NCBI GenBank assembly: GCA_022710935.1
Contig: JAKLFY010000031.1
Span: 1,857-65,856, forward strand
From: Verrucomicrobiota bacterium
Lineage (GTDB): Bacteria; Verrucomicrobiota; Verrucomicrobiia; Limisphaerales; J093
DNA: 64,000 nucleotides
Direction: 5' to 3'
Part shown: positions 18,200 through 26,809 of the stretch, piece after piece
Numbering within the stretch: the first letter of the stretch is position 1
How the letters are laid out: every line of letters starts with the position of its first letter
Notes under the pieces: generated by a model
Seen by the model: only the letters and a program-made list of their open reading frames with translations
What the model was told of the DNA's origin: nothing
The model's database searches: none
Translations under genes and position numbers: made by a program

Positions 18200-19576
18200 A
18201 TGAATACCTCGGATCCGACTTCACCCGCAACTGAATCGAAGTGTTCCCGACGCCATTTCCTGCGGGGGTCATCGGCCGCCTTGGCCGGCGCGGCATTCGC
18301 CGAGTTCCCGTTCGTGTCTGGCGCCCGCGCGGAGGCGGACATGCCGATCAGGATCGGGGTGATCGGCTGCGGCGGACGCGGGACGGGGGCGGTGCTTGAC
18401 GCCCTGGGCGCGGCCACCCAGGTCATTTACCCGAGCGCGGGCTATCACACCGAAGACGTGGCGTCGAATGCGACGGTCGCCCACAAGAACCTCGAGGTGG
18501 TCGCCTTGTGCGACGTGTTCATGGACCGCGTCAACGCCTGCCGCCAGAACCTGAGGAAGCTCGGCGTGAACATCCCGGATGCAATGTGCTTCGACGGGTT
18601 CGATGGGTACAAGAAGCTGCTCGCGATTCCCGAAATCAACTATGTGATCCACGCCACCTCGCCCCATTTCCGCCCGCTCCACGTCAAGGCCGCCGTCGAG
18701 GCCGGCAAGAACGTCTTCATGGAAAAACCCGGCGCCGTCGACGGCCCCGGTGTGCGGACCTTGCTCGAAGCGGGGGAAATCGCCATGGCGAAGAACCTCG
18801 GCATTGCGGCGGGGACCCAGCGCCGGCACCGCCCCAGCTACAACGAGGCGATCCGCCGCATCCACGATGGGCAGATTGGCGAGATCCAATGCCTGCGCTG
18901 TTATTGGAACGGCGGCGTGATCTGGGTGATCGAGAGGACGGATGCGATGAGCGACATGGAATGGCAGCTTCGCAACTGGAACTACTTCACCTGGACCAGC
19001 GGGGATCACATCGCCGAGCAGCACGTGCATAACCTCGATATCATGAATTGGGCGATGGGCGCCCACCCCGTGAAGGCCTACGGCCAGGGCGGACGCCAGG
19101 CGCGCCGGCACCCGATCCACGGCAATATCTACGACCACTTCGCCGTCGAGTTCGAGTATCCCAACGGCGTGCGCATGTTCAGCCAGTGCCGCCAGATGGA
19201 CGGCACCGAAGGGCGGGTGGGCGAAGTGATCCAGGGAACCAAAGGCGTGGCGATGCTCAATGACGGCAACAATCTCCTGACGATCCGCGGCGGCGGCAAC
19301 TGGCGCAGCCGCGGGATCGAGGATGGCAATCCTTACCAGAAAGAGCATCAGAATCTCATCGCCAGCATCCGCGCGGGCAAACCGATTAACGAAGCCAAGA
19401 GCCTGGCCGAAGGCACCCTGACGGCTGTCATGGGACGCGAGTCGGCCTACACGGGCCGGACTGTCGAGTGGGACGAAGCGCTTCACTCGAAACTGCGGTA
19501 CGGCCCCGACAAGTACGAGTTTGGCAGCCTCCCCTTCCCGGAAGTCCCGGTCCCGGGCAAGCACAAGTTCTCCTAG
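18200..19576 (+). CDS. Tat-exported Gfo/Idh/MocA-family oxidoreductase
   Basis: Tat signal SRRHFLRGSSAALAGAAFA. The Rossmann N-terminus is IRIGVIGCGGRGTGA, with family-typical length and core. Confidence 0.8.
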   Translation: MNTSDPTSPATESKCSRRHFLRGSSAALAGAAFAEFPFVSGARAEADMPIRIGVIGCGGRGTGAVLDALGAATQVIYPSAGYHTEDVASNATVAHKNLEVVALCDVFMDRVNACRQNLRKLGVNIPDAMCFDGFDGYKKLLAIPEINYVIHATSPHFRPLHVKAAVEAGKNVFMEKPGAVDGPGVRTLLEAGEIAMAKNLGIAAGTQRRHRPSYNEAIRRIHDGQIGEIQCLRCYWNGGVIWVIERTDAMSDMEWQLRNWNYFTWTSGDHIAEQHVHNLDIMNWAMGAHPVKAYGQGGRQARRHPIHGNIYDHFAVEFEYPNGVRMFSQCRQMDGTEGRVGEVIQGTKGVAMLNDGNNLLTIRGGGNWRSRGIEDGNPYQKEHQNLIASIRAGKPINEAKSLAEGTLTAVMGRESAYTGRTVEWDEALHSKLRYGPDKYEFGSLPFPEVPVPGKHKFS

Positions 19577-19645
19577 CCCGCATGTTTCATGGATTTGTGA
19601 CCACGGCGAAGCTGAGAACTTCAGAATGCGGACCGCTGCGGGCTA
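19574..19645. repeat. TAGCCCGCAT-type inverted-repeat element, copy b
   Basis: TAGCCCGCA (19574-19582) and TGCGGGCTA (19637-19645) are reverse complements. The left end supplies the TAG stop of the oxidoreductase gene. Confidence 0.65.
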
Positions 19646-19683
19646 GAAAGGCCCGCTTCACACCAATCCCAGACCTCACGCTC

Positions 19684-20694
19684 ATGACAACACAACCCCG
19701 TTCCGACCTCCTCCGCATCCGTCCGTTGGCCGGCCTGTTCGCGGCCTGGGCCCTGCTCCTCGCGCTTGGCACCGGCTGCGGACCCCGCGAATCCGGCGAA
19801 TCCGGCGGCTCGACGCCGGACTCGAAACCCCGCATCGCGCTGATCATGAAATCGCTGGCGAACGAGTTTTTCCTGACCATGGAGAACGGCGCCCGCACCC
19901 ATCAGAAGAACCATGCGACCGAGTACGATCTTCTGGCCAACGGCATCAAAGATGAACTGGACGTCGCCCGCCAGATCGACCTGGTCGAGCAGATGATCGC
20001 CCAGCGCGTCGCCGCCATCGTGATTGCCCCCGCCGACTCGAAAGCGCTCGTCACCGTCTGCCGCAGGGCCCAGGAGGCCGGCATCATCGTGGTCAATATC
20101 GACAACAAATTCGACGACGCTGTTCTGGCCGAGAAAGCGGCCCGCATCCCGTTTGTCGGTCCGGACAACCGCAAAGGCGCGCGGCGCGTGGGAGATTACC
20201 TGGCCCGCCGGCTCCAGCCCGGCGATCCCGTGGCGATCATCGAAGGGCCGCCCAACGCCTTCAACGCCCAGCAGCGCAAGCTCGGCTTCACCGAGGCGGT
20301 CCAAGCCGCCGGCCTGCGCCTGGCCAGTTCGCAATCCGGCTATTGGGAAACGGACAAGGCCAACCAGGTCGCCGCCGCCATCCTGACCGAGCATCCGGAC
20401 TTGAAGGCGTTCCTCTGTTCGAACGACAGCATGGCCCTCGGGGCAATCGCGGCCCTGCGCGCGGCGGGCAAAGCGGACACGGTGCTCGTCGTCGGATACG
20501 ACAACATCTCGGCCGTCCAGGCGCTGCTCAAGGAAGGGAAGATCCTCGCGACCGCCGACCAGCACGCCGATCAGATCGCCGTCTTCGGCATCGAGTACGC
20601 CCTGCAACTGCTCGAAACCAAGAGCGCGCCCGCCGACCGCGAAACACCCGTCGACCTCGTCACCGCGCAAGGCGTCGAACCCCCGGCGCCCTGA
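19684..20694 (+). CDS. rbsB: sugar (ribose-type) ABC transporter substrate-binding lipoprotein
   Basis: Lipobox LLLALGTGC after the ATG at 19684. The fold is periplasmic-binding type I (IALIMKSLANEFF, VGPDNRKGA, NDSMALGA). Confidence 0.8.
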   Translation: MTTQPRSDLLRIRPLAGLFAAWALLLALGTGCGPRESGESGGSTPDSKPRIALIMKSLANEFFLTMENGARTHQKNHATEYDLLANGIKDELDVARQIDLVEQMIAQRVAAIVIAPADSKALVTVCRRAQEAGIIVVNIDNKFDDAVLAEKAARIPFVGPDNRKGARRVGDYLARRLQPGDPVAIIEGPPNAFNAQQRKLGFTEAVQAAGLRLASSQSGYWETDKANQVAAAILTEHPDLKAFLCSNDSMALGAIAALRAAGKADTVLVVGYDNISAVQALLKEGKILATADQHADQIAVFGIEYALQLLETKSAPADRETPVDLVTAQGVEPPAP

Positions 20695-20702
20695 TCCGCC
20701 CC

Positions 20703-22259
20703 ATGCCGGACGCCAGCCCTTTGCTCGAAGTCCGCGCCCTCGGCAAGCGCTACGCCGCGCCGGTGCTGATCGATGTCGATTTCGAGGTGCGCCGGGGCGA
20801 GGTGCACGCGCTGGTCGGGGAGAACGGCGCGGGCAAGAGCACCCTGTCGCGCATCATCGCCGGCCTCACGCTGCCCGACGCCGGCTCGATGACCTTCGAG
20901 GGCGCTCCCCATGCCCCGCGCACCAAACGCGAGGCCGAGCGCAGCGGGGTGCGCCTGGTCATGCAGGAGCTCAACCTCATCGGCAACCTCACCGTCGCTG
21001 AAAACATCTTCCTCGACGAACTGCCTCATCGCTGGGGCTGGATCCGGTACCGCGCCCTGCATGATCGGGCCCGGGCGGTGCTCGACCCCCTCGGGCTCGG
21101 CGCCCTGCATCCGGGCCGCCGCGTCAGCGCGCTGGGCATCGGCCAGCAGCAGATGATCGAGATCGCGGCCGGCCTCTCCCAGCGCTGCAGCCTCCTCATT
21201 CTCGACGAGCCGACCGCCGCCCTCATGGACGCGGAGATCGAGCATCTCTTTGCCCAGATCAAACGCCTCAAGGCCGCCGGCACCAGCATCCTCTACATCT
21301 CGCATCGGCTCGAGGAAATCCAGCGGATCAGCGACCGCGTCAGCGTCCTGCGCGACGGCCAGATGATCGCCTCGCGTCCAACCCGCGAGATCTCCCTCGA
21401 TGAAATCGTCCGCCTGATGGTCGGACGCGAGCTCGAACAGTTGGGCGAACGGCGCCCAGCCGCGCCCGGCCCCGTCGCCCTCCGCGTGGCCGGACTCTCC
21501 CGCAAGCCGGTCGTCAAGGATGTCAGCTTCGAGGTCCGGCGCGGCGAAATCCTCGGGTTCGCCGGCCTGATGGGATCCGGACGCACCGAGACGATGCGGG
21601 CCGTGTTTGGTGCGGATCCGCCCGACGCCGGGGAGATCTACGTGGGCGGCGCGACGCAGCCGGCGCGCCTGCGCTCACCCAAAGAGGCGATCGCCCAGGG
21701 CCTGGCTCTTCTGACCGAAGACCGCAAAGGGCAAGGCCTGCTCCTGCCCTGGTCGATCCGCGCGAACCTGAGCCTGCTCTGCCTCCCCGAGATCAGCGGC
21801 CTCGGCGGATGGATCCGGCGCGCCGCCGAGCACGACCAGGCCGGACGCTGGGCGCGCGCGCTGGGCGTCCGCTGCCATTCGCTCGAGCAGCGGGTGGCCG
21901 AATTGAGCGGAGGCAACCAGCAGAAGGTGGTCATCGCCAAATGGCTCGCCCGCAACTGCGACGTCCTCATCTTCGACGAGCCCACGCGCGGGATCGACGT
22001 CGGGGCGCGGCGGGACATCTACCGCCTGATCACGGATCTGGCCGACCAGGGCAAGGCCATCATCCTCGTCTCCTCGGACCTGCGTGAGTTGCTCGCCCTC
22101 TGCGATCGGATCGCCGTCATGTCGGCCGGGCGCATCGCGGCCACATTCGACCGCGGTTCGTGGAGCCAGGACCAGATCATGACCGCCGCCTTGAGCGGAT
22201 ACCTCGGGGGGAACGCATCGGCGTCTGCCTCGGAGACAACGGTTGCCGACGCCTCATGA
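20703..22259 (+). CDS. rbsA: sugar ABC transporter ATP-binding protein (duplicated ATPase)
   Basis: Walker A motifs GENGAGKST and GLMGSGRT, signature LSGGNQQK, and two ABC cassettes. The start is the ATG at 20703. Confidence 0.85.
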   Translation: MPDASPLLEVRALGKRYAAPVLIDVDFEVRRGEVHALVGENGAGKSTLSRIIAGLTLPDAGSMTFEGAPHAPRTKREAERSGVRLVMQELNLIGNLTVAENIFLDELPHRWGWIRYRALHDRARAVLDPLGLGALHPGRRVSALGIGQQQMIEIAAGLSQRCSLLILDEPTAALMDAEIEHLFAQIKRLKAAGTSILYISHRLEEIQRISDRVSVLRDGQMIASRPTREISLDEIVRLMVGRELEQLGERRPAAPGPVALRVAGLSRKPVVKDVSFEVRRGEILGFAGLMGSGRTETMRAVFGADPPDAGEIYVGGATQPARLRSPKEAIAQGLALLTEDRKGQGLLLPWSIRANLSLLCLPEISGLGGWIRRAAEHDQAGRWARALGVRCHSLEQRVAELSGGNQQKVVIAKWLARNCDVLIFDEPTRGIDVGARRDIYRLITDLADQGKAIILVSSDLRELLALCDRIAVMSAGRIAATFDRGSWSQDQIMTAALSGYLGGNASASASETTVADAS

Positions 22260-23248
22260 AGCCGTCCGATCCGCCAACACCGAGTTCCTCGCGCGCCGCC
22301 GAATGGCGCCAGGTGCTCGCCGAGTACCTCGGCCTGACAGTCGCCCTGGCGATCCTGATGGCGGTGTTCAGCCTGAGCGCCCAGCATTTCTTCAGCGCCA
22401 TTACCCTCCGGACCATCGCCAATCAAATCCCGTCCGCTCTGCTGGTGGCGACAGCGATGACGTTCGTCCTGGTGATTGGCGAGATTGACCTGTCGGTCGG
22501 ATCGGTTCTGGCGCTCTCAGGCGCAGTGATGGGTGTGGCGATGGCCCAGTGGCATTGGCCATTGTGGGCGTCGCTGATCGCGGCTCTGGCAACAGGCTTG
22601 GTCTGCGGCGCGTTCAACGGCCTGGTCTCGATCCGCTGGCGGTTGCCTTCCTTCATCGTCACCCTGGGCATGCTCGAAATGGCCCGCGGGGGCGCCCACG
22701 CCGTGACCCGGTCTCAAACCCAGTACATCGGGTCTGCCGTCGGAGCGATTGCCGACACTGACATCCTCGGTTTTTCCCTGCCCTTTCTCGTGGCGGTGAT
22801 CATTGTGGTTGTTGGACAACTGGTGCTCTCCCGCACCGTGTTCGGACGCCACATGGTGGCTGTGGGCACCAATCAGGAGGCGGTCCGGCTCAGCGGCATC
22901 GATCCGCGTCCGGTCAAGCTCGCCGTCTTTCTGATCACCGGCATGCTGGTGGCCCTGGCCGCCGCGATCGATACCTCGCGCTTCCAGTCGGCCAATCCCA
23001 ACGCCGGACTCGGCTTCGAACTGCAGGCGATCGCAGCCGTCGTCATCGGCGGCACCAGCCTGATGGGCGGACGCGGCTCCGTCGTCAGCACATTTCTGGG
23101 CGTGCTGATCATCGCCGTGCTCAATTCCGGGCTCGCGTCCGTGGGGGCCAAGGACGAAATGAAACGGCTGGTGACCGGCTTGGTCATTGTGGCGGCCGTC
23201 ATCGTCGATCACTACCGGCACCGCCTCACAAAAGCACGGACAGTTTAG
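22256..23248 (+). CDS. rbsC: sugar ABC transporter permease
   Basis: Polytopic RbsC/BPD-type permease. The ATG at 22256 overlaps the rbsA stop (ATGA). Confidence 0.8.
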   Translation: MKPSDPPTPSSSRAAEWRQVLAEYLGLTVALAILMAVFSLSAQHFFSAITLRTIANQIPSALLVATAMTFVLVIGEIDLSVGSVLALSGAVMGVAMAQWHWPLWASLIAALATGLVCGAFNGLVSIRWRLPSFIVTLGMLEMARGGAHAVTRSQTQYIGSAVGAIADTDILGFSLPFLVAVIIVVVGQLVLSRTVFGRHMVAVGTNQEAVRLSGIDPRPVKLAVFLITGMLVALAAAIDTSRFQSANPNAGLGFELQAIAAVVIGGTSLMGGRGSVVSTFLGVLIIAVLNSGLASVGAKDEMKRLVTGLVIVAAVIVDHYRHRLTKARTV

Positions 23249-23250
23249 CA

Positions 23251-24168
23251 ATGAAGACACGCATTGTTGTTGTCGGCAGTTCGAACACGGACATGATCAT
23301 CCGGTTGAACCGGCTGCCGCGTCCGGGCGAGACCCTGCTCGGCGGCGAGTTCTCGATGGCCGCCGGCGGAAAGGGCGCCAACCAGGCCGTCGCCGCCGCG
23401 CGCGCCGGCGCGCGGGTCACCTTCATCGCGCGTGTCGGGAAGGACATCTTCGGCGAGCGCGCCCTCGAAGGCTTCCGGCGCGACGGCATCGCCGTGGACC
23501 GCATCATCCGCGACCCGCGGTCGGCCTCGGGCGTCGCGTTGATCTTCGTCGGCGCTGAGGGGCAGAACAGCATCGCGGTGGCCTCGGGCGCAAACGCCCG
23601 ATTGACGGCGTCCGATGTCCGCAGGGCGCGGGGGGTCATCGCCGAGGCGGATCTGGTGGTGATGCAATTGGAGACGCCGCTGGCCACGGTCCGGGCCGCG
23701 GCCCAAGAGGCAGCCGCTGCGGGAGTTCCCGTCGTGCTGAACCCGGCGCCGGCAAGGCCTTTGCCGCGGACGCTGCTGCGCCTGGTGACCGTGCTGACGC
23801 CCAACGAAACCGAGGCCGAAATGCTCTCGGGCGTGCGCATCCGCAACGATCGGTCTGCCGTCCGGGCGGCGGTTGCGCTTCTCGGCCACGGGCCGAAGAT
23901 CGTGGCGATCACACTCGGGGCGCGCGGCGCCCTGGTGGCAACCCAGGAAGGCCATCAGATCGTGCCGGCGTTCCCCGTGCGTGCAGTGGACACGACCGCG
24001 GCGGGGGATGTTTTTAACGGGGCTTTGGCAGTCGCGCTGGCTGAGGAGAAGCCGCTGATCGAGGCGGTCCGATTTGCCAACGCTGCGGCCGCCTTGTCCG
24101 TGACGCGCCTGGGGGCGCAGCCCTCGGCCCCCAGACGCAGCACGATCGAGCGTCTTCTGTGCGGGTGA
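23251..24168 (+). CDS. rbsK: ribokinase
   Basis: PfkB motifs GGKGANQAVAAAR and DTTAAGDVFNGA. It is 305 aa and starts 3 nt after rbsC. Confidence 0.85.
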   Translation: MKTRIVVVGSSNTDMIIRLNRLPRPGETLLGGEFSMAAGGKGANQAVAAARAGARVTFIARVGKDIFGERALEGFRRDGIAVDRIIRDPRSASGVALIFVGAEGQNSIAVASGANARLTASDVRRARGVIAEADLVVMQLETPLATVRAAAQEAAAAGVPVVLNPAPARPLPRTLLRLVTVLTPNETEAEMLSGVRIRNDRSAVRAAVALLGHGPKIVAITLGARGALVATQEGHQIVPAFPVRAVDTTAAGDVFNGALAVALAEEKPLIEAVRFANAAAALSVTRLGAQPSAPRRSTIERLLCG

Positions 24169-24568
24169 GGTTCTTCGGCGCCCGGAGCCACCTCGTGGCA
24201 AGCGCGCGTGTCCATGCGGGTCCACCCGCAGCCGAGCAACCGGCTAACGGATGATGGGGGACGAACTGCGGTTGAAGCCGGCGGTGGCGGCCCTTGCACG
24301 GCCGGCCCCGAGACTCTCTTCCGTACCAGACATCATCCGCCAGGTGCGTGGGCTGACAGACAGGCCTGCAACGGCTAATCCCAGCGACCTTTTCGAGCGA
24401 CCTTTTCCCTTGACACCTGCCGGGCTCGCGTCGATCTGTCATATCATTGGATGCCCAGGCTGACCTCGCCGCGCAATCGAGGCGGCAGCCTGCGAGGCGG
24501 TCATCGACTCGTTGGCCTGCCGCAGGGCGTGGGAGGCGACCCCAAGCTCCGAACCGTTGCGAGCACGC

Positions 24569-26593
24569 ATGGCCATGACACCGTCCAATCTCTGTTTGTG
24601 GGTTGCCTCTGCAGTCACGGTCTTTCGCCTCGGCATCGCTCAACCCGCCTTCCCCGCGGTTCAGTTCAGCGGCCTCATGGGAGGCGATGGGAGAGTTCAC
24701 TTCGATCCCGCGCATGGACCCGGGCAGTATGCGGGACATGCCCCGGTATTGGCGGGTTGCCCCCAATGGGGTTGGGGCGGACCAATGGTCCAACTCCCGG
24801 TTCCCCCACCCGGTGTGGCGCATACGCCCTATGACTCGCACTGGAGCAATCAACGTGATGTCTGGGCGCTTCCCACGGCCGGAGTCGGCTTCCAAGATCT
24901 AACGGATGGAGTTGGCGTCTTTCTCCGCAGCCATGCGCCGGACATGCCGGAACCCGACTTCTATGGCGAGACTAACCAGAACGACGGGTGGTTTCGTTTC
25001 CAGGTTCTGATCCCGCCGGGGAATACGAACGCCGAACTGGACTTTACCCTGCAACTGACTAACCGGATTGATGGTCGGACCAACTACTGGTTCAGCCAAT
25101 ACTGCTGGGACTGGGCGGGGACCAACGCCGCGCAGATCGTGTTCCGGCCCTTGACTCGGGTGCTGGATCCGTTGGGACCAGCGAACACCAGTTGGTCTTG
25201 GCGCAACACGATGAGCCTGGACGATCCGACGGGACTCGACCGGGGGCGCGCCCCGGCGCGTCGTTTCAAGATCATCGGTGTTCCGACGGCGCTCGAACAC
25301 GAAGTCTATCTCGAAGTGGCGCAGGGCTTGCCGTACACCTTGCCGGACCTCGAGGCATTCTGGTCCGGGCTGTCCCAAACGCTTTTGCCGGCAGGCTTGG
25401 TGCTCGAACGCACGAATTTTGCCTGGCCACAAGGTTCGGGGTACACGGGCTATCTGACCGGTTTGTCCACCTTCCCGCCCGGCCACAAGGACGCCGAAAC
25501 CAACAACTCATTCTTCAGTATTCTGATCCGGACGAACACCACGCCCCCGTTGGTCGCTCCCCCATTGGTGTTCATCACCGCCGGAACCCATTACGAGCCG
25601 CCCGGACCGCTGGTGTGCGAAGGCATCGTCCGACGCATCATCGAAGGCGGGTATTGGAAGCATCTCACCTTCGTCATCGTGCCGGTCTGTAACCCGGATG
25701 CGTTCGCCTGGGGGGTGACCGTGCTGCGTCCGTTCGGCACCAAGTATTCCGGGGCCGGCGCTGGTCCCGGATCGGGCGTATTGCCGGAGCATGACCTGGA
25801 AAACGGAATGTCGTGGTATCGGGAGGACCAGGATGACGTCGAGGCCGTCGTGCTCCGCGAGCACCTGAAAACCGTCCGCGCCCGCTTTCCCGGTTCCACC
25901 ATGCTCCTGCACCTGGACCTGCATTCTGACCTGTGTCCTCACCCGGACGGGTGGGAAGGCGCTGGGGGCGCGGAGTACCGGGGCGGCCCGCCGGTTTATG
26001 GGTTGATCATGGCTGCGGATGAGGAACAACGGGCGAGTGCCGAGCAATTCGCCGCTCGCATGGATGCCACACCGCACCTGGGTCCCTACCTGCGCAGTCC
26101 GCTGCGGTGGCGGGTGAATAATCCGTGCTGGCCCTGGCCCCCAGAGGACTACGGCAACAACGTCGGGGCCAACATCTGTCTCGTGCTCGAGTTTGACGAG
26201 GCCTGCCTGTATCGAGACAGCACGCCCAACGACACCCACGGGGCGCCGCCAGTCTGGTTGGTCGATCCGCCGCCGCCCTTCCTGCGCTGTGCCACCAACG
26301 AATGCTATTGGGTCGATGGACCGCTGGCACGTGCCGAGTACTACCATCGCTTCGGGCGCGACATCGCCGACGCGATCGCCGCCTACTTCAGTCCCGTTTC
26401 GGCGCCCTCGATCACGCTACTGGCCAATCACCGGATCGAGGTGCGCTGGACCGAGGGGGTCCTTCAGCAAACCACTCGCCTCGAAGGCGAGGCTACCCAG
26501 TGGACCGACGTGGTCGGCGTGGCATCGCCCTGGACCACCGCGCTGTCGAGCGGCGACGTCATGTTCTTCCGCACCAAACGCCCAAGCGATTGA
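24569..26593 (+). CDS. secreted hypothetical protein with a weak M14/AstE-like metallopeptidase-fold signature
   Basis: Signal-like LCLWVASAVTVFRLGIAQP follows the ATG at 24569. The segments FITAGTHYEPPG and LLHLDLHSD resemble M14-type metal-ligand regions, but the spacing is not canonical. The tail ends ...VMFFRTKRPSD. Confidence 0.4.
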   Translation: MAMTPSNLCLWVASAVTVFRLGIAQPAFPAVQFSGLMGGDGRVHFDPAHGPGQYAGHAPVLAGCPQWGWGGPMVQLPVPPPGVAHTPYDSHWSNQRDVWALPTAGVGFQDLTDGVGVFLRSHAPDMPEPDFYGETNQNDGWFRFQVLIPPGNTNAELDFTLQLTNRIDGRTNYWFSQYCWDWAGTNAAQIVFRPLTRVLDPLGPANTSWSWRNTMSLDDPTGLDRGRAPARRFKIIGVPTALEHEVYLEVAQGLPYTLPDLEAFWSGLSQTLLPAGLVLERTNFAWPQGSGYTGYLTGLSTFPPGHKDAETNNSFFSILIRTNTTPPLVAPPLVFITAGTHYEPPGPLVCEGIVRRIIEGGYWKHLTFVIVPVCNPDAFAWGVTVLRPFGTKYSGAGAGPGSGVLPEHDLENGMSWYREDQDDVEAVVLREHLKTVRARFPGSTMLLHLDLHSDLCPHPDGWEGAGGAEYRGGPPVYGLIMAADEEQRASAEQFAARMDATPHLGPYLRSPLRWRVNNPCWPWPPEDYGNNVGANICLVLEFDEACLYRDSTPNDTHGAPPVWLVDPPPPFLRCATNECYWVDGPLARAEYYHRFGRDIADAIAAYFSPVSAPSITLLANHRIEVRWTEGVLQQTTRLEGEATQWTDVVGVASPWTTALSSGDVMFFRTKRPSD

Positions 26594-26693
26594 GCTGATC
26601 TCTCCTTCCACAGTCCGTCCCGCAGCCGCTCATGCGCGTCCACGTGCGTCAGGCCTGCGGACTGGACTTGACGATCAACCTGGCACGTCAAGA

Positions 26694-26760
26694 ACCATGT
26701 TTCCTCTCCGATTCGTGTGATTCGTGTGATTCGTGGTTGGCGCTCGGCGATACCGGCCAA
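26694..26760. repeat. half copy of the CACGAAT hairpin element
   Basis: CCGATTCGTGTGATTCGTGTGATTCGTGGTTGGCGCTCGGCGATACCGGCCAAC matches the right arm and flank of the 41012-41575 units. Confidence 0.7.
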
Positions 26761-26809
26761 CAGTTTGGGGAACCTGTGATGTAACCGGCTGCTATGGGAT
26801 CGGCAGCCT

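Noticed and set aside
24248-24339. A 9-bp inverted repeat (CGGATGATG and CATCATCCG) encloses 74 nt upstream of the 24569 gene. It might be a structured RNA or riboswitch.
   Set aside because: About 20 such 9-bp inverted repeats within 100 nt are expected by chance in this window. No riboswitch consensus is recognisable.
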